The notes under the pieces are model-generated. The model was not told where the DNA came from, did not search any database, and worked only from the letters and a program-made list of their open reading frames with translations. Of a DNA stretch of 64,000 bases, positions 10,960-21,462 are shown piece by piece (position 1 is the stretch's first letter; every line of letters begins with the position of its first letter). This DNA comes from Candidatus Eremiobacteria bacterium (GTDB lineage: Bacteria; Vulcanimicrobiota; Vulcanimicrobiia; Vulcanimicrobiales; Vulcanimicrobiaceae), in NCBI GenBank assembly GCA_963737065.1, contig CAVTRC010000001.1, forward strand, positions 1,728,001 through 1,792,000, written 5' to 3'. Made by a program: the position numbers and the translations under genes.

Positions 10960-11912
10960 CGTTCGTCGTGACGCGCGTGCCGGCGGGGTTTGCAATCGTC
11001 GCGCTCGGCGGCCTCGTCGTGTTGCCGCTGCTGCGCGGCTTGCAATTCAAGCAGCACGCGTACGAAGACGCACCGGAAACACATCAGAAGAAAAGCGGTA
11101 CGCCGACGATGGGCGGTGTGCTTTTCGCGCTTGCGATGCTGCCGATGCTCGCGAGTCACGAGGTGCCGTTCGAAGCGGCGCTTTTTACGCTCGTCGTGCT
11201 GTGCGCGCTCATCGGATTCATCGACGACTTTCTGGGCGTCACGCGCGGACGAAACCGCGGCCTCACGGCGCGTACGAAGTTTCTTGCCACGGCGCTCGTC
11301 GCAATCATCTTCTTACGCGCAATTACCGATTCGTACGGGTTCTTTCCGCGCGACGTCATTTTCCATGCCGGGGCGCTCGTGTTGAGCGTTCCCCATTGGC
11401 TGTGGATCGTGCTCGGCATTATCGCGATCACCGGAACGATTCACGCCGTCAACCTGACCGACGGTCTCGATGGGTTAGCGACGGGAACGATCCTGCCGCC
11501 GTTGATCGTGCTTGCGGCAATCGGCATCGCGCTCCCCATGGCGGCGCCTGCGGAAGCCGCGCTCCTCGGTATCGGCGCGTGCCTCGGATTTCTTTTATAC
11601 AATCGGCATCCCGCAAAAATGTTCATGGGCGATACGGGATCGCTCGCGCTCGGAGGGTTGCTCTCCGGGATCGCGATCGTCGAAGGCGAGATGCTGCTGT
11701 TGATTCTTATCGGCGGCGTTTTCGTTGCCGAAGCGCTTTCCGTAATTCTCCAGGTGTGGTACTTCAAGGCGACGGGCGGCAAACGGATCTTCCGCATGTC
11801 GCCGCTGCACCATCACTTCGAACTCGGCGGTTTACCGGAAACCGCCGTCACGTTTCGATTTTGGGCGGCCTCGCTCGTTCTCTCGCTGCTTGGATGGGTT
11901 CTCGTTCGATGA
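10950..11912 (+). CDS. mraY: Phospho-MurNAc-pentapeptide translocase
   Basis: KSGTPTMGG, GFIDD, NLTDGLDGL, FMGDTGSL, PLHHHFE. Start inferred at GTG 10950. Confidence 0.96.
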   Translation: MDLTFVVTRVPAGFAIVALGGLVVLPLLRGLQFKQHAYEDAPETHQKKSGTPTMGGVLFALAMLPMLASHEVPFEAALFTLVVLCALIGFIDDFLGVTRGRNRGLTARTKFLATALVAIIFLRAITDSYGFFPRDVIFHAGALVLSVPHWLWIVLGIIAITGTIHAVNLTDGLDGLATGTILPPLIVLAAIGIALPMAAPAEAALLGIGACLGFLLYNRHPAKMFMGDTGSLALGGLLSGIAIVEGEMLLLILIGGVFVAEALSVILQVWYFKATGGKRIFRMSPLHHHFELGGLPETAVTFRFWAASLVLSLLGWVLVR

Positions 11913-13303
11913 TGAGCTTTGATGCGCGTGAAACGGCATTGGTAATCGGGCTCGGAAAGAGTGGCCTTGCATGCGTCGACGTGCTACGCGCGCGCGGCGC
12001 AACGGTCTTTGGCACCGATGAAAAGCCATTAACGGAACTGCAACCCGCCATTGCAGCCATCGAATCGGCAGGTGCAACATTCGTTGCGCCCGCCGCGCTA
12101 CCGTCGGCCGTCACGCGCATCACGTCGGCCGTGCTTTCGCCCGGCGTGCCCTTGACATCGCCGCTCGTGCGCGCCGTTCAGCGCAAAAACGTTCCGGTCG
12201 TCGGTGAAATCGAGCTAGCGTACCGGTTGTGCAAAGCGCCGATCATCGCGGTTACGGGAACCAAAGGCAAATCCACGACCACCGCGCTCATCGGGCACCT
12301 GCTGCGCGAGTGCGGCAAAAGCGTGCGCGTGGGTGGAAATATCGGCAACCCGCTCATCAACGAAGTGCTCGACGTTACACCGGACGACTGGGTCGTGGCG
12401 GAAGTGTCGTCGTTCCAGCTCGAGACGATTCGCTCGTTCAAACCGCGCGTGGCGGTGCTGCTCAACATCGCGCCCGACCACCTCGATCGCTACTACTCGA
12501 TGGACGAGTACGCCGAAGCAAAGTTTCGCATCTTCGCAAATCAATCGTCTGACGATTTCTTCGTCGGCAATCTCGATGACGAACGCATCGCGACGCTCGA
12601 AACGGATGCGGGCGAGCCGCGCATGTCGTCGCGGCAGCTTTGGTTCACGCTGCACGACCGTCACGACCGCGCAACGATTTACGTGCACAACGAGTACGTG
12701 ACATACGCGCCGATCGCCGGCGATCCCCGCCCCGTCTCGGTGATCGCGACGAGCGATATTCCGCTCGCAGGTTCGCACAACGTCCAGAACGTGATGGCGG
12801 CGCTGCTTGCTGCATTCGCGGTGGGCTGCGACGCCGCGCAGTTACGTGAAGCGATCAAGACGTTTCGTCCGATGCCGCATCGGCTGCAAGCCGTCGCGGA
12901 AATCGACGGCGTGCTCTACGTCGACGATTCGAAATCGACGAACCCGGGTTCGGTCGTGGCGGCCTTGCGGGCGTACGAGCGGCCCGCGATTTTGATTGCG
13001 GGCGGCAGATCGAAGGGAACGGATTTTGTCGAACTCGGCGTCGCCGTTCGTCAGCGCGCAAAAACCCTCATCGTCATCGGCGAAGCGGCCGACGAGATCG
13101 CGCAGCATGCGCGCGGCGTTCCGACGCTCCACGCCGCGTCGATGGAAGAGGCCGTCGCAAAGGCGCGCGAAACGGCGGCATCGGGTGACGTCGTGTTGTT
13201 GTCGCCCGGCTGCGCGTCGTTCGACATGTTCCGCTCCGCCGAGCATCGCGGCGAAACGTTCGTCGCCGCGGTCGAAGCACTGAGAGAGACGGCCGGTGCT
13301 TAG
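11909..13303 (+). CDS. murD: UDP-MurNAc-L-Ala--D-Glu ligase
   Basis: GLGKSG, SPGVP, GTKGKSTT, EVSSFQL, DDSKSTN, SPGCASFD; ATGA overlap with mraY. Confidence 0.96.
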   Translation: MMSFDARETALVIGLGKSGLACVDVLRARGATVFGTDEKPLTELQPAIAAIESAGATFVAPAALPSAVTRITSAVLSPGVPLTSPLVRAVQRKNVPVVGEIELAYRLCKAPIIAVTGTKGKSTTTALIGHLLRECGKSVRVGGNIGNPLINEVLDVTPDDWVVAEVSSFQLETIRSFKPRVAVLLNIAPDHLDRYYSMDEYAEAKFRIFANQSSDDFFVGNLDDERIATLETDAGEPRMSSRQLWFTLHDRHDRATIYVHNEYVTYAPIAGDPRPVSVIATSDIPLAGSHNVQNVMAALLAAFAVGCDAAQLREAIKTFRPMPHRLQAVAEIDGVLYVDDSKSTNPGSVVAALRAYERPAILIAGGRSKGTDFVELGVAVRQRAKTLIVIGEAADEIAQHARGVPTLHAASMEEAVAKARETAASGDVVLLSPGCASFDMFRSAEHRGETFVAAVEALRETAGA

Positions 13304-14480
13304 ACAGGCGTCCGGCGCAGCGCGTCTCGCCGAACGGCCGCGATACGACACGCGCGAACACGCGAGTTTGCGTTCGTATGTTGCGATGCCGCCCGATACG
13401 TTACTCTTTGCCGCGGTTGCGGCCCTCGTGGGCATTGGGCTCGTGATGATATTCTCGGCGTCGAGTGCGACAGCGTATGCGGAGCACCATGATGTCGCGT
13501 TTTATTTGAAACGGCAGTTGCTGTGGCTCGTTGCGGGATTAGTCTGCGCGTATTTTGCCTACCGGATCGACTACCATCGGTTGAAACGGGCTGCGCCGTA
13601 CCTTTTGCTCGGCGCAATCTTGGCGCTCGTTGCCGTGTTGGTGCCGCACGTCGGTATGGTCGTCAACGGCGCGCGCCGGTGGATCGGTATATCCGCGGTC
13701 AGCTTTCAGCCGTCGGAGTTCGCGAAGCTCGCAATGATCGTCTATCTCTCGGCAATGCTTGCGAACCGCGGTGACCGGATCACGTCGCTCGCGAAGGGTC
13801 TCTTTCCGCTGTGCATTCCGGTGTTCTTGATGGCGGTACTCGTGCTGAAAGAGCCGGACATGGGGACGGCGAGTTTGCTGATCCTCATTTCGTTCGCAAT
13901 GTTTTTTGCCGCCGGCGCGCGCGTGCCGCATATGGCGGCGATTGCGCTCGCAACCGTACCGCCCGCGCTGATAACGATCGTCACGAACCAGTATCAGCGT
14001 GCGCGCGTTTTCGCGTTCATCAATCCCTGGCGCGATCCGCAAAACACCGGCTTCCACATCGTGCAGTCGCTGCTCGCGCTCGGAAGCGGCGGCTTGATCG
14101 GCGTCGGCTTGGGCGCATCGCGCGCGAAATTTTTCTACCTCCCCGAACAGTACACGGACTTCATCTTCTCGGTCATCGGCGAGGAACTCGGATTGATGGG
14201 CACGATCGCGGTCGTCGTCCTCTTTCTCGTCTTCGCGTATCGCGCGGTGAAGATTGCGATTGCGGCGCCCGACCGCATGGGGTTCTTTCTTGCGATCGGT
14301 TCGATGGCGTGCATCACGATCCAGGCGTTTATCAATATCGGCGTCGTCACGTCATCGTGGCCGGTGACCGGCGTACCGTTACCGTTCATCTCGTTCGGCG
14401 GAAGCTCGTTGATCGTCAATCTCGTTGCCGTCGCATTCATCATGAACGTCGGGCGCCATCGCCGGCTCTCGCGCCCGTGA
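13296..14480 (+). CDS. ftsW: SEDS peptidoglycan glycosyltransferase FtsW
   Basis: GARRWI, QPSEFAK, PEQYTDFIF, GVPLPFISFGGSS. Confidence 0.96.
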   Translation: MLRQASGAARLAERPRYDTREHASLRSYVAMPPDTLLFAAVAALVGIGLVMIFSASSATAYAEHHDVAFYLKRQLLWLVAGLVCAYFAYRIDYHRLKRAAPYLLLGAILALVAVLVPHVGMVVNGARRWIGISAVSFQPSEFAKLAMIVYLSAMLANRGDRITSLAKGLFPLCIPVFLMAVLVLKEPDMGTASLLILISFAMFFAAGARVPHMAAIALATVPPALITIVTNQYQRARVFAFINPWRDPQNTGFHIVQSLLALGSGGLIGVGLGASRAKFFYLPEQYTDFIFSVIGEELGLMGTIAVVVLFLVFAYRAVKIAIAAPDRMGFFLAIGSMACITIQAFINIGVVTSSWPVTGVPLPFISFGGSSLIVNLVAVAFIMNVGRHRRLSRP

Positions 14481-15574
14481 ACGTCGTCTTCACCGGAGGT
14501 GGAACCGGCGGACACCTCTACCCGGCGATTGCCGTGGCCGACGCGCTTCGCGCGCGCGATGCAAACATTACGTTCATCGGTGCGAAGGACCGGTTGGAAG
14601 CAAAAATCGTGCCGCAAGCCGGATACCGGCTGATCACGGTCGCAAGCGGTCCGCTCGTGCGAAGTTCCGCAGAGCGTATGGTGCGTTCCGGATTCTCGAA
14701 CCTGATCGGCATCTTTCAGTCCGCGCGCGCGCTCGCGCGCATCGAGCCGGATATTATCATCGCGACCGGCGGGTACGTCTGCTTTCCGGTCGTTCTCGCG
14801 GCCGCGCTCTTGCGCAGGCATCCCATTGCGTTGCTCGAGCCGAACGCGCATCCCGGATTGACGAATCGCGTCTTGTCGCCGATCGTCGACGAAGTGTGGG
14901 GCTCGTTCTCGCAAGCCGATAAGCATTTCAACGGGAAGTACGTGCACACGGGAATTCCGGTTCGCGCCGGGTTGCGTGTATTGCCGCTGCGTGAAGACGC
15001 CGTTGCGCGTCTGGGCTTGTCGGCATCGCGCCGCACGATTCTCGCGCTGGGCGGAAGTCAAGGCGCGCGATCGATCAACGATGCTTTGTCATCGCTCGTC
15101 AAAGCGAACGGATTGCCCGAGGGCTGGCAACTCATTCACGTGACCGGCGAAAAAGAATACGACCGGGTTCGCCGCGCCGTCAACGGGACGCACGCGGCGA
15201 CGGCCGTGCGTCCCTATCTGGACGATATGGCCGACGCATATGCGGCTGCCGATCTTGTGCTTGCGCGAGCGGGTGCATCGACGCTCGGCGAGTTGACGGC
15301 AACCGGAAAACCCGCGGTGCTCGTGCCGTATCCGTACGCAGCAGACGATCATCAGCACGCAAACGCCGAAATGGTCGTGCGCGCGGGAGCCGCCGTTGTC
15401 GTCGACGATCACGAACTGCTCGCCGGAAAATTGCGCGCGATCCTTGCCGACGTTACGCAGCCCAGCCGCCTCGAAGGCCTGACGGCCGCAGCCGAGCGCG
15501 CGCGTGCTCTTGACCCGGTCGCGTCGATTCTCGCCCGGGTCGACGCATTGACGCCGAGAAAGACAAGCCCATGA
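14477..15574 (+). CDS. murG: Lipid I GlcNAc transferase
   Basis: GGGTGGHLYP, GGYV, GGSQGA, RAGAST, HQHAN. Confidence 0.96.
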   Translation: MNVVFTGGGTGGHLYPAIAVADALRARDANITFIGAKDRLEAKIVPQAGYRLITVASGPLVRSSAERMVRSGFSNLIGIFQSARALARIEPDIIIATGGYVCFPVVLAAALLRRHPIALLEPNAHPGLTNRVLSPIVDEVWGSFSQADKHFNGKYVHTGIPVRAGLRVLPLREDAVARLGLSASRRTILALGGSQGARSINDALSSLVKANGLPEGWQLIHVTGEKEYDRVRRAVNGTHAATAVRPYLDDMADAYAAADLVLARAGASTLGELTATGKPAVLVPYPYAADDHQHANAEMVVRAGAAVVVDDHELLAGKLRAILADVTQPSRLEGLTAAAERARALDPVASILARVDALTPRKTSP

Positions 15575-16965
15575 GTACGCGCGAGCGCGAGGGGGAAAAG
15601 GTGCACTTCGTGGGGGTGGGCGGCATCGGAATGAGCGCGATCGCGCGAATTTTGCTTGCGCGCGGCGCGCGGGTCACTGGTTCGGACGTAAAGGAAACCC
15701 CGCTGACCGCGCGCCTTCGCGATGAAGGCGTCAATGTCACGATCGGTCACGATGCTGCAAACCTCGACGGGGCCGAAACGGTCATCGTCAGCTCGGCGAT
15801 CGACCGGCGCAATCCCGAATACGTCGGCGCACAACGTGCCGGCGTGCCGATTCTTCACCGCGGCGAGATGCTGGCGCGATTACTGCGCGAACGGTGCGGC
15901 ATCGCGGTCTGCGGGACGCACGGGAAGACGACGACGACGGCGATGATGCACGCGGCGCTGCGTGCCGGTGGTGTTGACGCGAGTTTGGTCCTTGGCGGCA
16001 TCGACGGTGTGCTCGGAACCAACGCGCACGATGGACGTTCGGAGTGGTTCGTCACCGAAGCGGACGAATCGGACGGTTCGTTCGTATTGCTCGATCCTGC
16101 GATCGCGATCGTGACAAACATCGAAAACGATCATTTGCAAAGCGACGATGAACTGCCCCAGCTCGTGCGCGCGTTTGACGAATTTCTCGGGAAATTGCCG
16201 CGCGACGGTACAGCCGTGATCGGCGTCGACGATCCGCTCGCCGCATCGCTCGAGGAACGCCCACGCGCGGCGAAGACGATTACGTTCGGGTTCGCCCCCC
16301 GCGCGAGCGTTCGCGCGATGAACGTTCGTTGCGAAGGACTCGGCATGAGCTTCGATGTTGTCGCCGGCGGCGTGTGTCTGGGCACGATCGAGCTCACCGT
16401 GCCGGGCGCCATTAACGTCCAGAATGCGCTCGCCGCAATCGCGGCGGCGCGCGAACTCGAGATTCCCTTCGCGCAGATCGCGGAGGGTATGCGCGCGTTT
16501 CGCGGCGTTCGCCGCCGCTTTGAGATTCTGACGCGCAGCGATCGGATGATCGTCGTCGACGATTACGCGCATCATCCAACCGCCGTACGCGCGACGATCG
16601 CCGCTGCGCGCCAGTATCATGGCGGTCCCGTCCTCGTCGCGTTTCAGCCGCACCGCTACTCGCGAACGGCGTACCTTGCGCGCGATTTCGCCGATGCGCT
16701 GCGCGGCGCCGACCACGTGTATCTCGCGCCCGTCTATGCCGCGTCGGAAGCGCCGATTCCGGGCGTCAGCGAACGTTCCATCGGCGAACCGCTTACATCG
16801 GGTGGCGTGCGCGTCAGCTATGCCTCGCATGTCGACGAGCTTGCGGAGCGGATCTTCGATGAAGCGCCGCGCGGCGCGCTCGTGTTGATGCTCGGCGCCG
16901 GGAACATCACGGACGTCGCATTTCGCTTAGCGGCTCGCGTCGAGCAGCATCCCGTACGGGCGTGA
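15571..16965 (+). CDS. murC: UDP-MurNAc--L-Ala ligase
   Basis: GVGGIGMS, GTHGKTTTT, EADESD, DDYAHHP, FQPHRYSR. Confidence 0.97.
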   Translation: MSTREREGEKVHFVGVGGIGMSAIARILLARGARVTGSDVKETPLTARLRDEGVNVTIGHDAANLDGAETVIVSSAIDRRNPEYVGAQRAGVPILHRGEMLARLLRERCGIAVCGTHGKTTTTAMMHAALRAGGVDASLVLGGIDGVLGTNAHDGRSEWFVTEADESDGSFVLLDPAIAIVTNIENDHLQSDDELPQLVRAFDEFLGKLPRDGTAVIGVDDPLAASLEERPRAAKTITFGFAPRASVRAMNVRCEGLGMSFDVVAGGVCLGTIELTVPGAINVQNALAAIAAARELEIPFAQIAEGMRAFRGVRRRFEILTRSDRMIVVDDYAHHPTAVRATIAAARQYHGGPVLVAFQPHRYSRTAYLARDFADALRGADHVYLAPVYAASEAPIPGVSERSIGEPLTSGGVRVSYASHVDELAERIFDEAPRGALVLMLGAGNITDVAFRLAARVEQHPVRA

Positions 16966-17918
16966 GTTTGACGACCGGTAAAGCCGTTGCATCGTTGCTG
17001 CGCGACGACGATCGCGCCGTGCTTCGCGATATCTTCGGTGAACGCGTGCGTTTCGACGAGCCGCTCGGAACGTTCACGTCGTGGAGAATCGGCGGACCGG
17101 CCGATGCCTTTGCGGTCGTGGAGCGCGAGGAAGAACTGGCGGCCGCGATGCGCCTCTGTTTCAAACGGCGCCTTCCGTGGTTCGTCATCGGTAGCGGCAG
17201 CAACGTGCTCGTCGGCGATGGCGGCATGCGCGGAATCGTCGTGCGTTTGGGTGGTGCGTTCGCGGAAATCAACGCGCGCGTCGATGCAGATGAGATCATC
17301 GTGGACGCCGGCGCGTCCGCCGGCATGGCGGCCGTTACCGCGAAAGCGGCGACCCTCGGCGGGGTCGGGATCGGTTCCCTCGCCGGAATCCCGGGGACGG
17401 TTGGCGGATCGTTGCGCATGAATGCGGGCACCGATCGCGAGATGGGCGATTTCGTGCGTAACGTGTGGGTCCAATCACCGGTAAAGCCTGATCCGCATGC
17501 GATCAGCGTGCAGTATTTCTATCGTCACACGACGCTCGCGCGCGATGCGGTCGTTTCGCGGGTGACGCTGGCGTTCGAACGCGGCGATCCGAAGACCGTG
17601 CGGGAGGAGATGCAGGCGCGCTTGGTGCGCCGCAAGAGCTCGCAGCCGATCGCGCTGCCGAATGCCGGTTCGTGTTTTCGCAATCCTGAAGGCGACAAGG
17701 CGGCGCGGTTGATCGAAGCCGCCGGCGCTAAGGGATGGCGGGTCGGCGGCGCGGAAGTCTCGCCCCTGCACGCGAACTTCATCAACAATCTCGGCGGTGC
17801 AACCGCGCGCGACGTCGCTACGCTCTTGGCACGCGTACGACGCGCGGTGCACGAGCAATTCGGCGTCGAACTACAGCTGGAAGTGCATCTAGTCGGCGTG
17901 TTTATCGATGAGACGTAG
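16962..17918 (+). CDS. murB: UDP-N-acetylenolpyruvylglucosamine reductase
   Basis: IGGPAD, GSGSNVL, GIPGTVGG, MNAG, GSCFRNP, HANF. Confidence 0.95.
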   Translation: MSLTTGKAVASLLRDDDRAVLRDIFGERVRFDEPLGTFTSWRIGGPADAFAVVEREEELAAAMRLCFKRRLPWFVIGSGSNVLVGDGGMRGIVVRLGGAFAEINARVDADEIIVDAGASAGMAAVTAKAATLGGVGIGSLAGIPGTVGGSLRMNAGTDREMGDFVRNVWVQSPVKPDPHAISVQYFYRHTTLARDAVVSRVTLAFERGDPKTVREEMQARLVRRKSSQPIALPNAGSCFRNPEGDKAARLIEAAGAKGWRVGGAEVSPLHANFINNLGGATARDVATLLARVRRAVHEQFGVELQLEVHLVGVFIDET

Positions 17919-17934
17919 TTAGGGTCACCCTAAA

Positions 17935-18876
17935 ATGACAAAAAGAAACGCGAAAGTCGCCGTCGTCATGGGCGGAAGCAGCACGGAACGCGAGGTTTCG
18001 ATCCAAACGGGGTCGGGCGTGATGCGTGCATTGCAGTCGCTCGGCTACGAAGCGCAGTCTTTCGACTATGATCGCCGGTTCTTAGATGCCGTTCGCGATA
18101 TCGCGCCCGACGTCGTGTTCATAGCGTTGCACGGGCCGGGCGGCGAAGACGGTCATATCCAAGCGCTGCTCGATTTTCTCGGCATCCCGTATCAGGGCAG
18201 CGGCGTCGAAGCATCCGCGCTCGCGATGGACAAGCACATGACGAAGAAGCTGCTTGCCGCCGAAGGGTTACCGACCGCTGCATGGGATCTCTTCGATCTC
18301 TCCGGCGGAACGCTGCCGCTGCTTCCGGGTTCGCTCGATCTCCCGCTCGTCATCAAGCCGCGCTTCGAAGGCAGTGCGCTCGGCGTCAATATCGTGAAGA
18401 CACACGAGCAATGGACGAGCGCAATGCTGACCGCGGCAAAGACGTTCTCGCAAATCATGGCCGAGGAGTATATCGAAGGCCGCGAGTTTACGGTCGGCAT
18501 TCTGGGTGAAGAAGCGCTTCCGGTGATTGAAATCGTGCCGAACGGCGACGAATTCTATACCTACGATGCAAAATACGCGCAAGGCGGAAGCACGCACATC
18601 ATTCCCGCAAAGATCGACGAAGATCTCGCAGCCCGTCTGCAAATGCTTGCGCTCTCGACGCATCGACTGCTCGGCTTACGCGACTGTTCGCGAACCGATT
18701 TCATCGTGAGCAAAGAAGGCCGTCCGCAGATTCTCGAAGTGAACACGCTGCCCGGCCTGACCGCGACGAGTCTTTTACCCGACGCATGCGCGTCGATCGG
18801 CATTTCGTACGAAGCATTGATCGAACGCCTCATCGGCTACGCGCTCGCACGCGCCGAAGTCCGCGACGTCGCCTAA
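17935..18876 (+). CDS. ddl: D-alanine--D-alanine ligase
   Basis: GGSSTEREVS, LHGPGGEDG, YDAKY, LEVNTLPG. Confidence 0.96.
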   Translation: MTKRNAKVAVVMGGSSTEREVSIQTGSGVMRALQSLGYEAQSFDYDRRFLDAVRDIAPDVVFIALHGPGGEDGHIQALLDFLGIPYQGSGVEASALAMDKHMTKKLLAAEGLPTAAWDLFDLSGGTLPLLPGSLDLPLVIKPRFEGSALGVNIVKTHEQWTSAMLTAAKTFSQIMAEEYIEGREFTVGILGEEALPVIEIVPNGDEFYTYDAKYAQGGSTHIIPAKIDEDLAARLQMLALSTHRLLGLRDCSRTDFIVSKEGRPQILEVNTLPGLTATSLLPDACASIGISYEALIERLIGYALARAEVRDVA

Positions 18877-18936
18877 CGCGCGACACCGGAAACGCAATCC
18901 GCCGTAGCGAACCGGCGGACGTGGAGGGTTTCCGTC

Positions 18937-20325
18937 ATGCATCTTCCGGATCCATTCGATTGCCGCTGTCCGCACGGCGGGTTTTCCGACCGCCTGTTTT
19001 ACCAAGCGAAGATCGCACTAAGTCGGCGTTCGTTCATCCTCGGCGCCGCTGCCGCAGGAATTGCGTCAATGCTGCCGTGGCGCGCGCGTGCGTCGGACGC
19101 CGTAACGGTGCTCAAAGCGGCGCGGCTTTTCGACGGCAAGAAGCTGCAGGCGCCTGGCGTGCTCGTTATTCAAGGCGGACGCATCGTATCGATGAACGCG
19201 GGCGATGCGAGCGTCGACGCGCACGTCGTCGATCTCGGCGATGCAACGCTCATGCCGGGGCTCGTCGATTGTCACACGCACGTAGCGGGCTGGGTCGTGC
19301 CGTCGCATTACCTCGCGGCGCCCGGCCGCACGAGCGACAATCCTGAAGAACTTGCGATCTACGGGCTGAAGAACGCGCATGCAATGCTCGCTAACGGATT
19401 CACGACGTTACGCGACGTGGGCGGCGGCTGGGGAATCGATCTTGCGGTTCGCGACGCCATCAATGAAGGTACGGTGATCGGTCCTTCGATCTTTGCGGCG
19501 GGCCCGGCGCTGTCGATTACCGGCGGACACGGCGATTCCAACGATCTACCGGATTTCGTGCACGAAGACGCACCGATCGAATCGGGGGTCTCGTACGGGC
19601 CGTACGGGTTCCGCGAAAAAGTTCGCGAACACGTGAAGCGCCACGTTGATCTCGTGAAGATTCTTGCGACGGGCGGCGTACTGAGTTACGGCGACGTGTG
19701 GGACGTTCCGCAATTGAATCTCGATGAGATTCAAGCGGTCGTGGACGAATCGACCAAATTCGGGCGCAAAGTCGCGGCGCATTGTCACGGTGATAAAGGC
19801 ATTTCAATCGCCGTCGAGGGCGGCGTGCACTCTGTCGAGCATTGCACCGGCGTCAGCGACGCGACGCTGAAGAAAATGGAGCAGCGAAAAACGAGTCTCG
19901 TGCCGACGATCTGGGCGCTCGATTCAATTCTCGTGCCCGGCAATCCGAATCACATTCCGCCCGGTTCCGTGGAGAAAGCAGAATACGCCGCAAAGGTGCG
20001 CAACGAAGGCATGCAACGCGCGCTCGCATCGAGCGTCACGATCGCGTACGGGACCGACGCGGGCGTCTTCGCGCACAAAGAGAACAACAAAGACTTCGCG
20101 TTATTGCAACGCATGGGCATGCATCCGATCGACGTGCTGCGCTCGGCGACGTCAACGGCTGCGGAGTTGATCGGCCTGAACGATCGCGGCGTACTCGCGA
20201 GCGGCAAACGCGCGGACGTCGTCGCGTTCAACGGCGACCCATCGAGGAACATCGCCATTCTGGAGTCGCAGCCTCGATTCGTTATGGTGGGCGGCAAGCG
20301 CATCGACCCTAACCTGTTGGTCTAG
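18937..20325 (+). CDS. Tat-exported metal-dependent amidohydrolase (Xaa-Pro dipeptidase-like)
   Basis: SRRSFI twin-arginine signal; PGLVDCHTH, AAHCHG, VEHC, GTDAG. Confidence 0.88.
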   Translation: MHLPDPFDCRCPHGGFSDRLFYQAKIALSRRSFILGAAAAGIASMLPWRARASDAVTVLKAARLFDGKKLQAPGVLVIQGGRIVSMNAGDASVDAHVVDLGDATLMPGLVDCHTHVAGWVVPSHYLAAPGRTSDNPEELAIYGLKNAHAMLANGFTTLRDVGGGWGIDLAVRDAINEGTVIGPSIFAAGPALSITGGHGDSNDLPDFVHEDAPIESGVSYGPYGFREKVREHVKRHVDLVKILATGGVLSYGDVWDVPQLNLDEIQAVVDESTKFGRKVAAHCHGDKGISIAVEGGVHSVEHCTGVSDATLKKMEQRKTSLVPTIWALDSILVPGNPNHIPPGSVEKAEYAAKVRNEGMQRALASSVTIAYGTDAGVFAHKENNKDFALLQRMGMHPIDVLRSATSTAAELIGLNDRGVLASGKRADVVAFNGDPSRNIAILESQPRFVMVGGKRIDPNLLV

Positions 20326-20534
20326 CGCCTGCTGGTGGGAGCGAGGATACGCGGGAATGCTCGTGCGTTCGCTAGCCGAGGGTACCTTTGCAACGCCGAG
20401 CAGACGATGCGGCATATGAATCTCAATAATGCGTGCCTCGTGTTGGTGTGAAGCGCTCGGTTTTGCGCATCGCGCGGATGTAGCAATGTGTCGCGTTTCG
20501 CGTGCCGGGGAAAGACCGCGTACGGAGGTGCATC

Positions 20535-20942
20535 GTGAAAGCCAGAGACATCATGACTCCGAATGCTGAGTCGGTCGACGAGAACGAGACCATTGAAAAC
20601 ATTGCACGGCGGCTTGCAAGCGAAAATATCGGTGCGATGCCGATCTGTGACGGCGATCATCTGCGCGGCATAGTAACCGATCGCGATATCGTCACCAAAG
20701 TCGTCGCGCAAGGGCGCGATCCCGCGCAAGTGCGCGCAAAGGAATTAGAAACCGGTGATCCGGTCACGATCGGCGCGGACGATTCGATCGAAGAAGCAGC
20801 GCAGACGATGGCGCAGCACAAAGTGCGCCGCCTGCCGGTGATCGATGGTGACAAACTGATCGGGATGGTCAGCCAGGCGGATTTGGTCAAGTCGTTGCCG
20901 CCTGACCGCGCGACGGAAATGTTGCAGGCGATATCGACCTAA
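20535..20942 (+). CDS. CBS-pair protein (Hrp1/Rv2626c-like)
   Basis: ARDIMT, GIVTDRDIV, VRRLPV, GMVSQAD; GTG start after GGAGG. Confidence 0.9.
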   Translation: MKARDIMTPNAESVDENETIENIARRLASENIGAMPICDGDHLRGIVTDRDIVTKVVAQGRDPAQVRAKELETGDPVTIGADDSIEEAAQTMAQHKVRRLPVIDGDKLIGMVSQADLVKSLPPDRATEMLQAIST

Positions 20943-21367
20943 GGACGTTCGGCAAACATCGCGAGGTCGTCGTACTCGAGCATCTTGAGCATCGGCGTCT
21001 CGAGCGGAAGCTCTTTCGCGACCGGATAGCGTTCGAAAAATTTCGGACTGTCGATCCGGTCGCGAATCGTTATCGCGGACAGCGTCGCATTGACGTTATC
21101 GCGCTGTTGTTGCGTTGTTCGTGCAAGGATCCATGTCGCGACGTCGTCATCGCTGTGCGCAAGCGCAACGATGGAAGTGACGTCGTCGAGGTCGATGCCG
21201 AGTCCTGAGAGCACGCGCGTGCTGAATCCCTCGAGTTTATACTCGCCCGGCTCTCCGCCGGGAAGCGTAGCGCGAATTTTATCGACGGTGCGCGCCATAA
21301 AGATTACACCTCCGAGCACATCGGTCGGCTTTCGCGGCGGTGCAAGCGTCAGATTTAACGGTTCCAC
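20939..21367 (-). CDS. DUF5069-like protein
   Basis: PPR...LGG...ARTVDKIRA...GEY pattern. Confidence 0.7.
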   Translation of the reverse strand: MEPLNLTLAPPRKPTDVLGGVIFMARTVDKIRATLPGGEPGEYKLEGFSTRVLSGLGIDLDDVTSIVALAHSDDDVATWILARTTQQQRDNVNATLSAITIRDRIDSPKFFERYPVAKELPLETPMLKMLEYDDLAMFAERP

Positions 21368-21462
21368 GAGGCTCCCTCAAATGTCGCAGGAAGGCGCGTT
21401 TAGCCGCCTCCTCAAACTGTGTATACCCGCCTCGACGAGGCCGGTTTGCGCTGGAGGAATAC

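Noticed and set aside
17935..18876. Ddl as a D-Ala-D-Lac (vancomycin resistance) ligase
   Set aside because: It has a YDAKY loop typical of D-Ala-D-Ala ligases and sits in the dcw cluster.
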